The notes beneath the pieces are model-generated. The model was not told where the DNA came from, ran no database searches, and was given only the letters and a program-made list of their open reading frames with translations. A stretch of 64,000 bases of DNA from a virus (taxonomy: Duplodnaviria > Heunggongvirae > Uroviricota > Caudoviricetes): IMG/VR virus record IMGVR_UViG_2925450510_000002; one strand, given 5' to 3'. Below, piece after piece: positions 22,069 to 32,299 of this stretch (positions are counted from its first letter, which is position 1; each line of letters begins with the position of its first letter). The translations under genes were made by a program, and so were the position numbers.

Positions 22069-22157
22069 TCCTACCCCTCCTCCTCCGCAATGCGTTTGAA
22101 CTCTTCTTTTACTTTCTGCGGATAACGCAGAGTTGTTTTTGCCTCTTTCATTCCTAC
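21992..22157. repeat. perfect 83-bp tandem duplication (2 copies) covering the arc-like 5' end and its upstream region
   Basis: The unit CCCTCCTCCTCCGCAATGCG...CATTCCTAC is repeated head to tail. Confidence 0.8.
22071..22151 (-). pseudogene. truncated duplicate of the arc-like gene (26 codons, stop created at the repeat junction)
   Basis: The second repeat copy carries the same RBS and ATG. The frame ends at a TAG formed by the junction. Confidence 0.5.
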
Positions 22158-22251
22158 CCCTCCATTGATGGCATTATGCCTTGAAAGCAGAATGCCATCA
22201 TTGAAATTAAATAGCAATATGCCATCATCGTTTTTTTCTAAGGTTGATGTG

Positions 22252-22617
22252 ATGACAGAAAAACAGGTTAAAGATTACGAAAAATTTGTCGTGCGATTCC
22301 CCGATGGGATGCGCGACGCCGTCGCTGAGCGAGCCAAAAGCAACGGGAGATCCATGAATTCAGAGATCGTGCAGATAATTGAGGATGCGCTTTCTGGTGC
22401 CCCGGCTGTCGCCATTGACAGTCACAAAGAACTGGTTGAGCGCTACCGTGCGCTGGCGAAATCACTACCTGATAATGGCAACAGTGAGGAGTGGCAAAAA
22501 GAGATCGACAGGCTTAGTATTGCTATCATTGATGCAATGACTCCACTTGTGTTGCTACGAACTGAGTTAGTGAAACTCTCTGATAAAGCTAAAAATCATG
22601 ATGAAACCCAAAAATAA
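22252..22617 (+). CDS. Mnt-like ribbon-helix-helix repressor
   Basis: SNGRSMNSEIVQIIEDAL matches P22 Mnt ANGRSMNSELLQIVQDAL. Divergent from arc/ant. Confidence 0.7.
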   Translation: MTEKQVKDYEKFVVRFPDGMRDAVAERAKSNGRSMNSEIVQIIEDALSGAPAVAIDSHKELVERYRALAKSLPDNGNSEEWQKEIDRLSIAIIDAMTPLVLLRTELVKLSDKAKNHDETQK

Positions 22618-23194
22618 ACTATTTATTATTTCTGCTGTGATTTTCTGCTCGGGATTGTTTGTTTATTCAGCGGTGGCGGCGCTCAAGCACTTCACTCGGG
22701 ATGAATCCATAGTTCTTTCTGGGAAAGAAGCTAACAATTTCTTTTCTAATTACATCATCCCTATCACGGGACCAGGAATCCAGATTACCAATCAATATGC
22801 TGGATACGATGTCACCTATGGTATTGATAATGATGATAGAATCGAACTGCACGTGTCGGTATTGCGTCTACGAACATACAAAGAGAATGCAGACCTCGGC
22901 GAATCTAATAAAAACTATGTAGAAGGAAGTAAAACCGTATTCAGCTTTGGCACTGATGTTTACACTGAGGACTTTATAAAATTCACATCAGAAGCTACTA
23001 AAAGATCGACAAAGGAAGGTTTAAAGAAACTGTATTGTAATCCTGATGGATTTTATCCTATGTCATCACAGGAAAGGATCTTCTACGAAGCGCGGAAAGA
23101 ACATAAAAAAATAATTATAGATTATTACAGTGACTCGGGGAAAACCCTTATGTTTGGCATTGGGATTTCTCCCGAGTCATGCAGCCAAAAATGA
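22598..23194 (+). CDS. AT-rich secreted or membrane-anchored hypothetical protein (moron)
   Basis: 198 aa with an N-terminal hydrophobic signal/anchor. GC is much lower than the surrounding DNA. Confidence 0.5.
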   Translation: MMKPKNKLFIISAVIFCSGLFVYSAVAALKHFTRDESIVLSGKEANNFFSNYIIPITGPGIQITNQYAGYDVTYGIDNDDRIELHVSVLRLRTYKENADLGESNKNYVEGSKTVFSFGTDVYTEDFIKFTSEATKRSTKEGLKKLYCNPDGFYPMSSQERIFYEARKEHKKIIIDYYSDSGKTLMFGIGISPESCSQK

Positions 23195-26083
23195 TTAACG
23201 CATACCAGGATCAAATTGGTTCAGTATCGGTGCAATCCAAAACAGGTTGTTACCAGGAATTACCGTACGCACGTTATGCAATACCCGATCACCAGCATCA
23301 CCATTCAGCACGCCAGCCGTCACATCAGTAACAGTATCAAGCAGCCCGAACGTTGGCCCCAGCGCAGAACCGATAAAGCCTCGGCTGGCGTAGCGGGATT
23401 GCGTACCGGTACCGAGCATCGGCCCTAAGCCAAACATCCCGCCAGTAGCCTTCTCCGCCATGTTGTTGTATTCCATCAGCGGGCCGAGAATACCAGAGCG
23501 ATCGATCCCCTCCAGCGCAAGTTTCTGCGGTGACCAGTCTACCTCTTTACCATTCGCGGCCTGCTTAAGTGCGTAGGTTAGCGCTCCAAGCGCAATTTGA
23601 AAGGCCGTGCCATAGTAAAACTGTGCGTTACCTTCTGATAATCCGCCAATTGTGGCGCGGTTATATGATGCAGTCGTGAACGAGCGGAACTGGAAAACCG
23701 TTCGCCCGATAGGGGAGCTGGCCCACAATGGCGTATCGCCTATCCCCGGCGTGATAATGATGTTGTTGGTATCCTTCAAAACTGCCGACTGGAATACACC
23801 TGAAGCATAATCATCATCCCATTTATCAAAATTGCCAATGTGCCAACCATCAAGCACCTCGCCATGCTTACGAAACTGTTCATTTATGCGCACAGCCGTG
23901 GCCGGACTGATGCCCAGTTTCGCAATCCTGGAGGCTGGAGCCGACCCGGACAGAATGCTGTCAGCGGTCACCATGCCATTAATCGCTTTGTTAATGTCGT
24001 TATACTGCCCCATCAGTGTGAGCTTTCCGAACACATCGGTGACACGGTCTAGCCCGGCTTCAGCCGCGTTTGTACGCGTGGAACTGTCAACCAGATCAGC
24101 CATCAGGCGCGAACGGGAGTTAAGCACCGTTTCAACCATAACCCCCATCTTTTTCATTTCGCTTTTGTTGGCGGCGAACGCCGGTGACCTGGATATCAGG
24201 GCACCATAACCCTTCATGGTTTTACTGAATCCATTGACCATCACGCCGCGGGCGAGATCGGGAATCGCGGAAACCGTCATTCCACCAAGTTTGGTAACGA
24301 AGTTTACGTTACGCATAGCCCGACCAGCGCGAACAAAAAATGATGATGGGTCATCAGGCATTCCATACGTACCGACTAAACGATCACGCATAGCAGTGAT
24401 ATCCCGAATATCATTCTCACGTGCTTTAGCTAATTTGGCCTGCTCCTGAGGACGCGCTCGCATCAGTTCGTCATATTCATCCTGTATAGCCTTAAGCTGG
24501 GACTCAAGGTTGCGGTTTCCGAAAACGCGGGTTAATTCGATATCCGGAGAAGCCTCCCGGATATGCCGCTGCAATACATAGTTAGCGTCACTCTCCAGAT
24601 AATCGCGCATCATATTATCAGGCAGATTTAAAGTACGCTGCCGTGAGCTTCCAGGAACTTTGACGGTAAAAACGTTCGCAAAATCCTGGGGGATTTTTGC
24701 ACCAACGATTTTATTTATTGTTGCGTCTGCGGCGATCTCCGCATCTTCTCGTGACATAGCGGAAGGCCCACGCGACCACCAGTTAACTAAAAGATCACGG
24801 AATTTATCGCGCTCCTCAACAATTTTCCCCACTCTGTATACTCGAGGGAAATAACTGGTCTGCCCCAATGCTTTTAGCTCCGCATCAGGCGGTAGTAAGC
24901 CAAGATCCTGTTGAGCAACTTTCACCCTGTCGACTACCTGACGCAATGCCCGCGCGGCATCCTGAACAGCGGCATTGCCATGAATGTCACCATTTCGCAT
25001 GGCGTCGCCGACTTCTTCACGGAATCGTGTGTAATTGAGATCGCCACCATCAGATTTATATTTGGCATACGCCTGCTTATTGGTGACCACTACTGCGGCC
25101 TCCTCCCTCCTCCAACCACGCACGCGGGTTTCAGCCGCAACAGGGGTCTCAAATCCGCGTTGGTTACCCCGCAGCGCAAAGTTATTTTCCGCCAGTTCCA
25201 GCGCCGTGATCCGAGCGTTACGCGATGGCGACGAAATGACCCGCGATATTGGCGTCATATACCCGCCAGCCTTTAACGCGATATCCGCCGCTTTTCCCCC
25301 ATCAAGTGTGAGATCGTCAAGCGTTGCCTGCCTGATCTGCATCGCACCGACACTACCACCATCGGGCAGGCTATCCATCCCACGATTAATAGCGTTAGTC
25401 ATGCCGACATTTTCCAGCGCATCAGCCATTTCCCGTGTGGCCGCTGTTCTTACCGACGGGGTGATCATCGCTCCAGCAGTCGCAAAAATACCGCTGAGCA
25501 TGGCTCCTGCGGTGATGTGTGCGGCACTTTCCCCCAGAGTCCTTGTGTACTGCTGGTTGTTAAGTGCGACTTCGCTCAACGCAGTACCGGCGGCACCGAT
25601 CGCAACCTGTGAACCGATACGCGCTGCAAGAGTACCCTGAGTGCCGGGGATGAACATCGAGGCAATGGTAACAGGGTCGATAAGACCGGCGGCAATACTC
25701 GCCAGAGTACCTTCGGCGCCCGCCTCCCCCAACACCCGACGATCTTCATTTTCGTTGTCAATTTGACTTTTAATCCATGCGGTTTCCTCTGGCGACTGAG
25801 AATCTGCGAAAGCAGATCCCCATTGCTCATAACCATGAATTTCATTCTTATCAGAATACGGGTTATAACCTTGTGCTGGTTCGAATTGTTTTGCCGGACG
25901 AAACATCCCAGCCAGCAAGTTATTCTGACGAAACGCAGCCCCCCATACAGACGGCTGCTGCTGCGGCGGCTCTGGATTGGTGCCGGCTGGTAGTGATACG
26001 TCAAAACCGGCTGGCTCCTGCAGGGCGCTACCTGCTGGCACGTATCCATTGCCGTATTCATCAGGAGTTGGATAGATAGGCAT
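23195..26083 (-). CDS. internal virion / ejection protein (T7 gp15/gp16 class), 962 aa
   Basis: Large Gly/Ala-rich protein in series with gp14-like and SLT-containing proteins, downstream of the tail tube genes. Confidence 0.55.
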   Translation of the reverse strand: MPIYPTPDEYGNGYVPAGSALQEPAGFDVSLPAGTNPEPPQQQPSVWGAAFRQNNLLAGMFRPAKQFEPAQGYNPYSDKNEIHGYEQWGSAFADSQSPEETAWIKSQIDNENEDRRVLGEAGAEGTLASIAAGLIDPVTIASMFIPGTQGTLAARIGSQVAIGAAGTALSEVALNNQQYTRTLGESAAHITAGAMLSGIFATAGAMITPSVRTAATREMADALENVGMTNAINRGMDSLPDGGSVGAMQIRQATLDDLTLDGGKAADIALKAGGYMTPISRVISSPSRNARITALELAENNFALRGNQRGFETPVAAETRVRGWRREEAAVVVTNKQAYAKYKSDGGDLNYTRFREEVGDAMRNGDIHGNAAVQDAARALRQVVDRVKVAQQDLGLLPPDAELKALGQTSYFPRVYRVGKIVEERDKFRDLLVNWWSRGPSAMSREDAEIAADATINKIVGAKIPQDFANVFTVKVPGSSRQRTLNLPDNMMRDYLESDANYVLQRHIREASPDIELTRVFGNRNLESQLKAIQDEYDELMRARPQEQAKLAKARENDIRDITAMRDRLVGTYGMPDDPSSFFVRAGRAMRNVNFVTKLGGMTVSAIPDLARGVMVNGFSKTMKGYGALISRSPAFAANKSEMKKMGVMVETVLNSRSRLMADLVDSSTRTNAAEAGLDRVTDVFGKLTLMGQYNDINKAINGMVTADSILSGSAPASRIAKLGISPATAVRINEQFRKHGEVLDGWHIGNFDKWDDDYASGVFQSAVLKDTNNIIITPGIGDTPLWASSPIGRTVFQFRSFTTASYNRATIGGLSEGNAQFYYGTAFQIALGALTYALKQAANGKEVDWSPQKLALEGIDRSGILGPLMEYNNMAEKATGGMFGLGPMLGTGTQSRYASRGFIGSALGPTFGLLDTVTDVTAGVLNGDAGDRVLHNVRTVIPGNNLFWIAPILNQFDPGMR

Positions 26084-28785
26084 TATTCATTACCCCACGA
26101 AAAATAGTCTTTAAACTTATCCATGCGCTCATCATGCAAGCGCTGATATTGCTCATCTAAAGCTCGATGCTTGGCTTTAAAGCCTCTAATTTCCTGCCCA
26201 CGGATTAGTTCATTCTGCCCAGCTTGTTCGCGCAACTTCTGCATATCCTGATATGGTTTCCAGTCCTCTAACGAAGGCTTCCAGCGCATAGGGCGGCCAA
26301 ACTTATCGTAATAAGGCTGAACTCCTGGAATGCCATTTTCATCTTTGGTGCGGACTACTATCGAGTACCCGCCGTCCCTCGGCGTCAATAAGTCTGGGAC
26401 AACTTCCAAATCCCCTGCAATTTTTGATTCAGGGGTGTTGGTCGTAATGACAGGCGCAGAACCTGATGTAACCCCTAACTTTGTTGGGCTGGTAGAGATC
26501 TCTTCGCTACGATCGCCATACATCAGGCGCTCCTTCTCCTCTTTCCACTGCGCGGCCTGCCAGCCTGATGGCCCGTAGTTATAAAGGGCTTCTGGAGCAT
26601 ACTTCATAAATTTAGCGCTTCCGTTAACATCACTAATACTCCAGTTTCTGGAGATTTGCTTGTTAGTCATTTCCTTTGCTATTTCTGCATTTCCTCCAGT
26701 GCTACGGTAGTTAATATCGTATAAAGACTGATAGTCATTACGGAAATTAACGGCATCGGTTGTTGCATCACTGGCATTAGGGTCTATACGGAGCCACTGA
26801 GCCATGCTGTTGCGAGCCGAGTCCATTGCACTATCTCTCTCTTTTTTGTATTCCTTGGTGCTCTGTATAGAAGAGAGTTGGTTTTTTAGAGCATCAGTTT
26901 GATTGTATGTTATCTCTTGAGCCTGCTTTACAGCTTCTTCTGATGACATTCCAGAATCAGTTAGCTGCTTTACCGTCAAATAAAATGCTTGAGTTTGTTT
27001 AGGCATTTCAATTACTGATGCACGATCTGTTCCGTAAAGACGATTAAATAATTCCGCCCCTTGAATAACTACCTCTGGGCTACTGGCTCTGGAAAGAGCA
27101 TTGAGTTTCGATGTAACCTGAGAAGGTATAATTCCAGTCTGCGCCACTTGATTTACAATTCCATCATGGGTGCTCGCATCATTAATCCGAAAGTTAAGGG
27201 CCATTGGTGTGTTATCTGCCGCCTTCTGCATGGATTTATTGCTCGGGTCGAGCTTTTCACCCATAACAAAGGCGTCATTAAACCTGCCAGCATCGCGCTG
27301 CGCCTGAATTTTTTCGTTGCTACTCTGTACCAGCGCACTAATTTTTCCATAGGCTTGCAATTTCAGAGCATAATCCGGGTCATTAGCCTGCGGTTTCAAC
27401 TTAGCAAGCTCTGCCTGCTGCTCAGATGGAGGCGCATACTGGATGTACTGGAATACTCTGGCATTGTTAATTGCAATATCTAACTGCTTAACTACGGTCT
27501 GTCCTTGCTCGCCATACGAAAACATAATCTTCGATATGTTAGGCATCGAGTCAGGAACTTCACCATTATAAAGCTGCGTCATTGTATTATTCAGCTCTGG
27601 ATCTAATGTTTTGCGTGCATTAGCCCGCTGCCTATTGATTTGCGACTCTGCCAAATTATCAATTTGATTAATTGCCACGGGGTCCATTCCCGTCCTGTTT
27701 TTATTATATCGAGAAAGCCACCCTCTTGTTTCTGCTGGAAGTTGCTTGACGAAATCAGCCATTGAAATTTCGCCTTTTCTCGGGTCACCTACTTTCGCTA
27801 TAAGATTATCAACATTCCCCATTCCCCAATTATAAGCTGCGCCAGCTAGGGTTTCTGATTGATATTTTTTACTCAATTGACCGGCATAATCGCGTGCAAG
27901 TTGCGCATGCTGCTCTGGATCTTCAGGGTTATATTCCACACCTCTTTTTGCCGCCAGCTCCTTCCCCGTACCTGGCATCAACTGAAATTCTCCCTGCGCC
28001 CCTTTTGGCGAGGTTACAATGCTGCCATCGGCATTGCGGTGCTTGCCGCCCGTCTCTACCAGACCAACGGCGCGTAAATCAAGATCGCCGCCATCTGCGG
28101 ATCTGAAATCCCCGTTAAGCCACCCTGTTGGGTTGGCGGCTGCATAATTCTTTGCACGCATCTCAGTCGCGACACGATCATCACTTTCAATTTGTGCAAG
28201 CATTTGCTCCCTAGACCAGCCTCTTGCGGCCCCATAACTAGAAGTCGCAATTATCCTCTGCTGCCTGGCGAAAGCTGCCGCCTGTTGATCGTCCCATGAT
28301 TCTGATTCTCTTTGTATCCATAATTTTCTTGTTGCATCGTGCATACCAGTCTCATACTGCTGATGCTGATCCACTTCATATTTTACAGCCTGATTTTTTA
28401 ATGACAGGATCTGCATTTGCGCCTGGCGCATAAAGTTATCGCGCACATCACCATCAGGCAGGGTTGCGGCTATCTCCTCAGCGTTTTTAGTAGCATTTGA
28501 AATAATTAAATCCGACTGCCCGAGAGCGGCCTTTCCTTGCTTAGTAATTAAGCCGGTCTGAGGGCTATTCATTTGATCATCGTTAAATGTAGCGACTTTC
28601 AGTAGCCCGTCCTGAATGTTTGCCACGTCAGCTTTACGCTTGGCCTGAACCATCATATTTATCGACGTGTCGGCTGCCTGCTGGACGCCCTGAGCAAGCG
28701 GATTCTCCGGGATACGAAGATTACTCGTCATCACCGGCGCGGTTTGAGTTTGGCTCTGGCGTTGATACTGCGGTACTGTTGGCAT
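26083..28785 (-). CDS. internal virion protein with lytic transglycosylase (SLT) domain (gp16-like), 900 aa
   Basis: AQGEFQLMPGTGKELA...AYNWGMGNV is an SLT motif. Confidence 0.65.
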   Translation of the reverse strand: MPTVPQYQRQSQTQTAPVMTSNLRIPENPLAQGVQQAADTSINMMVQAKRKADVANIQDGLLKVATFNDDQMNSPQTGLITKQGKAALGQSDLIISNATKNAEEIAATLPDGDVRDNFMRQAQMQILSLKNQAVKYEVDQHQQYETGMHDATRKLWIQRESESWDDQQAAAFARQQRIIATSSYGAARGWSREQMLAQIESDDRVATEMRAKNYAAANPTGWLNGDFRSADGGDLDLRAVGLVETGGKHRNADGSIVTSPKGAQGEFQLMPGTGKELAAKRGVEYNPEDPEQHAQLARDYAGQLSKKYQSETLAGAAYNWGMGNVDNLIAKVGDPRKGEISMADFVKQLPAETRGWLSRYNKNRTGMDPVAINQIDNLAESQINRQRANARKTLDPELNNTMTQLYNGEVPDSMPNISKIMFSYGEQGQTVVKQLDIAINNARVFQYIQYAPPSEQQAELAKLKPQANDPDYALKLQAYGKISALVQSSNEKIQAQRDAGRFNDAFVMGEKLDPSNKSMQKAADNTPMALNFRINDASTHDGIVNQVAQTGIIPSQVTSKLNALSRASSPEVVIQGAELFNRLYGTDRASVIEMPKQTQAFYLTVKQLTDSGMSSEEAVKQAQEITYNQTDALKNQLSSIQSTKEYKKERDSAMDSARNSMAQWLRIDPNASDATTDAVNFRNDYQSLYDINYRSTGGNAEIAKEMTNKQISRNWSISDVNGSAKFMKYAPEALYNYGPSGWQAAQWKEEKERLMYGDRSEEISTSPTKLGVTSGSAPVITTNTPESKIAGDLEVVPDLLTPRDGGYSIVVRTKDENGIPGVQPYYDKFGRPMRWKPSLEDWKPYQDMQKLREQAGQNELIRGQEIRGFKAKHRALDEQYQRLHDERMDKFKDYFSWGNE

Positions 28786-28796
28786 CGTTTGTCTCC

Positions 28797-29357
28797 TTAC
28801 AGCGAACCGGTGAGATAGTTATTCCAGGCAGAACCGAATCCTCCGGTAGAGGTCGATTTCTTCATCAGCGAGCCGCTCAGGCTGGTACCGCCCAGCGTCT
28901 TGTATGCATTAAGACCGGTCAGCGTGGAGTTGAGCAGTGTTGAACCTGCGCCAAGCATTCCGGACTGCTTATCAATTTTCCCTTGCGCTCGGCTGGTATC
29001 AGCCTGGAACTGCAACCCGGCGGCCTGTCGCTGGCCGTTGTTGATGGTGGTCAGCGCGTCGAGCGTGCCCTGCTGCATGGTTTCAGTTGTCAGGTCCAAT
29101 GCGTTACCGCTCGTCAGGTCGGCGCCGTTAGCAGCCAGTGCATTGGTTTGCTGTCCGGCAACCCGCCGGGCCTGCTGCCGCTGCTGGTATGCCTGGTCAT
29201 TAGCTGTGTTGATAGTGTCGCGGGCGGCCTGCTCCTGAGCGTCGGCGTTAGCGTTCGCCAGCGCGGCGTTAGCGCGGCCTGTCTGAATCTGACTGTAAGC
29301 GCTGAGACCGCCGGAGACGGCGGAAACTGCCAGCGCTGCGGTACCGACATCACACAT
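28797..29357 (-). CDS. internal virion protein B-like (gp14-like)
   Basis: 186 aa, Ala/Gln-rich. Position matches T7 gp14. Confidence 0.45.
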   Translation of the reverse strand: MCDVGTAALAVSAVSGGLSAYSQIQTGRANAALANANADAQEQAARDTINTANDQAYQQRQQARRVAGQQTNALAANGADLTSGNALDLTTETMQQGTLDALTTINNGQRQAAGLQFQADTSRAQGKIDKQSGMLGAGSTLLNSTLTGLNAYKTLGGTSLSGSLMKKSTSTGGFGSAWNNYLTGSL

Positions 29358-29820
29358 GGTCGATCTCCTTCGTAAAGTGGTGAAATGGCATGCCCTTTAA
29401 TCCGTATGGCTCAGGATCTGCCAGGGTGAACCCCATCCAGTGAAGCCAGGATTTTGCTGCGTGGTTACGCGCATCTACGTAATTTTCAAGCACGCGATAT
29501 CCGCGTGACATGTCACGAAGAACCGGGCGGCAATGGCGGAGGAATGTCAGCGGCTGATGCTCAATGTGGTCGGTGCTTACAAGCCACGGAATACCGCGCC
29601 CGGTGATGATCGATGCAGGAGATATACCGAAGATGGTTACCACCTGGCCGTTAATCATTCCTGCAGCGGCTACCGAAGCGCTTTTCATGGCGCGAGTGAT
29701 GACTTCCTCCGGAGTCATCCCGGCAGCAGCCATAAACTCATCGTGGTCTGCCTGGCGGACATGCGGGAGAATGGCGCAGATATGCTCGTCAGTAACGCTG
29801 ACTATCTCAACTTTCCGCAT
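29350..29820 (-). CDS. hypothetical virion protein (gp13 position)
   Basis: 156-aa ORF. Confidence 0.4.
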   Translation of the reverse strand: MRKVEIVSVTDEHICAILPHVRQADHDEFMAAAGMTPEEVITRAMKSASVAAAGMINGQVVTIFGISPASIITGRGIPWLVSTDHIEHQPLTFLRHCRPVLRDMSRGYRVLENYVDARNHAAKSWLHWMGFTLADPEPYGLKGMPFHHFTKEIDHV

Positions 29821-29821
29821 A

Positions 29822-32299
29822 TCAGCCCCCTACCGTTACGCGCGGTATAATGGCCAGAATGCCAAGCGGCAGCGGATCGGAATGGCTAATTACAACCCGC
29901 CCGTTACGCTCCCAGTTTGCATCGAGGTTCATATCGATGATGCCCGTCTTTAGCCCTACCGGGTCGTCGTAGAATTCCCACTCACGCTGGGTATACTCCA
30001 GTAAGTGAGCATCATCTGTTCCGGCCCAAACCGAGCGCCCGCTGTTGAGCATTACGCAAAGCTGATTGATGAGTTTGGTCTTATCCAACAGCGTTGACTG
30101 CCCTGCAACGTTCACGTCCAGCGTTTCGATAACCGCGGCTACCGGCAAACCGATATGCACCACTGACGAGTGGTTTTCGATCGTCACTTCGCCGCCTGAT
30201 ACAACCTGCTGAGGTTCAACGTTACCGTCGGCAAGAATGCTAACCGTCTGCCCCTCGAGGTGAGACAGTCCCGCAAATATCCGACGTGCTATTGACCATG
30301 TTGATTGCGCAGTGTTGCGCAGCGCTGTCGGCACATCACGGTTTGCTAATACGGTAGCCACTGTTGATGAGATAACACCAGCAATGCTTAAACGCATCGA
30401 CTTGCTGACACCGCCTTCGGTGTAGGGAATATGGATCTCGTAATCAGTGCTCGATGAGTCGAAGATTGCAGAGCTGCACGTTAGCGTGAATTCATCCTGG
30501 TAGGTCCAGCCCCCGGCGGAACTGATCGTCATTGTGCGTGAATAGTCGGTGTTTTCTCCACTGTAAGACAGGCCAGAATCCACGAAAAATGCATCCTGCT
30601 GTTCTGTAAACTGCCTGGTGTTCAGTCGCTCAACATAACGAACTGTCGATCCATTCACCGTACGGCGAATAAGCGCATAGACTGCATCTTCCTGCCCTTC
30701 GCTAATACTGCAGATCGATTCGACATAGCCATTAGTCATTGGGTGAGGATGCCAGGCATATACCTGCTGCTCGCGGAGATAAGTAAGGCCAAGCAGCATG
30801 CCGTCACTCCTCGCACACCATGCAACGCTGAACGGCTGTACAGATAAGGCCCAGTCCCTGATGCTGTAACCGTTAAACAGATGGCTGGCAAGGAGGGTCA
30901 GATCACTGGATTGATAGCTGTCCTGGTCGAATGAGTAAAACAGGTCGCGGATGATGGAGCCCTTCTGCTGAACGTACAGTGCAACGCTGCCAACGTTGAT
31001 TGGTGCCAGATCGCTGCTACCGTTGAACGACTGACCGGACATCGCAAAGCCACCGGTTCCCGTCAGGTTGCCGTTGCTGTCGCCTGTCACCTTGAACTCT
31101 CCGCCGCTGGTCAGCACGATAAGCTGACCGACATCGAGAAGGTGCAGGATTTTGTTCAGCTGGCGACCGGCGTAGTTATAGGTGATCGCATCGTCGTCAA
31201 CCTTCGGGTTGCTGCGATAGAAGTTGTGATAATCACCGGTACGGCTACACCATATAGTTTGAGGAAATGCCCGGCTGCCGCCGAAAATCAGCCTCTGCTG
31301 GTAATAGGTAACTGTACCCGGGTAGCCGTCTGTATCGTTCCAGGCATAATGCGCCCATTTGTAAGTGGCGAAGGTGCTACCTACCACTTGCGCTGGCAGC
31401 TCGATCTCACCATCCTGACGTGGCACAACGTCGGCTGTTGCAGTTAGTCCATCTCCGGCGACGGCGGTAATACGGCACACGCCAAAACCACTATGCAAAT
31501 AGCGCCACAGCACACCGTTACGGCCACCAAGACCCCAGCCATCCCAGGAATCTCCCGTTGTATGGGTAGGAGCAACAGTGCCGGTTGTGCCATTAGAACC
31601 GCCGTCAACACAGCGATAAAAGTTCTCCTGATATCGGCACTCGTCACCGATCCCGATGTCTTTATCGGTTTCCCACCGACCAACACTATCTACCGCTTTC
31701 TGTTCCATGTAGAACAGTTTTCCCACGTGCTGGCTTTTGAAAATCGGGCTGCTGGCAGTCAACGTTACGGATCCAGTTCGGCCTGAGGCGTACACCGTTA
31801 CCGAGTCGTCTGTGTTCAGGTCCTGGAATGGCCCGCTGGTTGTTGTCACTGCGGCGGTGCGCCAGTCAGCCTCTCCGTAACGGCGGATCTCAAGCGGCGG
31901 ATAATCGTTGTGGCACACCGTCATCACATCGGCAGACTGCGTAAATTTCAGCTCAGAGATGACGCTAACCGGCCATGGGGTAGCAACTTCAACAGGGCTG
32001 CCGCCGTCCGTAACCAGCGCTCCGTTAGACCAGACACGGAAATAGTGATCACCGAGCTCGAGCGCATAGGTTTGCGATACACTGAACTGGAACGGTATTA
32101 GCCGGCAGTAACGGTCTGCATATTTCGCGCTCCCCAGGAACCGGAAACCGGGACGATTTTCAATGCCGCCTGACTGCCGGACGATGAAATTGCGGCAGCG
32201 GCGCAATGACGTCTGGTATTTTTCAAGATCGATTCGACCATACAGTGAAGGCGATATCTCGCCGCCGGCAAGCGACGGCTGCACCAGTGAATAGGCCAT
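29822..32299 (-). CDS. tail tubular protein B (T7 gp12-like)
   Basis: 825 aa, gp12-like N-terminus (MAYSLVQPSLAGGEISPSL...). Follows the gp11-like gene. Confidence 0.6.
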   Translation of the reverse strand: MAYSLVQPSLAGGEISPSLYGRIDLEKYQTSLRRCRNFIVRQSGGIENRPGFRFLGSAKYADRYCRLIPFQFSVSQTYALELGDHYFRVWSNGALVTDGGSPVEVATPWPVSVISELKFTQSADVMTVCHNDYPPLEIRRYGEADWRTAAVTTTSGPFQDLNTDDSVTVYASGRTGSVTLTASSPIFKSQHVGKLFYMEQKAVDSVGRWETDKDIGIGDECRYQENFYRCVDGGSNGTTGTVAPTHTTGDSWDGWGLGGRNGVLWRYLHSGFGVCRITAVAGDGLTATADVVPRQDGEIELPAQVVGSTFATYKWAHYAWNDTDGYPGTVTYYQQRLIFGGSRAFPQTIWCSRTGDYHNFYRSNPKVDDDAITYNYAGRQLNKILHLLDVGQLIVLTSGGEFKVTGDSNGNLTGTGGFAMSGQSFNGSSDLAPINVGSVALYVQQKGSIIRDLFYSFDQDSYQSSDLTLLASHLFNGYSIRDWALSVQPFSVAWCARSDGMLLGLTYLREQQVYAWHPHPMTNGYVESICSISEGQEDAVYALIRRTVNGSTVRYVERLNTRQFTEQQDAFFVDSGLSYSGENTDYSRTMTISSAGGWTYQDEFTLTCSSAIFDSSSTDYEIHIPYTEGGVSKSMRLSIAGVISSTVATVLANRDVPTALRNTAQSTWSIARRIFAGLSHLEGQTVSILADGNVEPQQVVSGGEVTIENHSSVVHIGLPVAAVIETLDVNVAGQSTLLDKTKLINQLCVMLNSGRSVWAGTDDAHLLEYTQREWEFYDDPVGLKTGIIDMNLDANWERNGRVVISHSDPLPLGILAIIPRVTVGG

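Noticed and set aside
21992-22157. Tandem repeat considered as a CRISPR or other array
   Set aside because: There are only two perfect 83-bp units and no spacers. The unit encodes the start of the arc-like gene.
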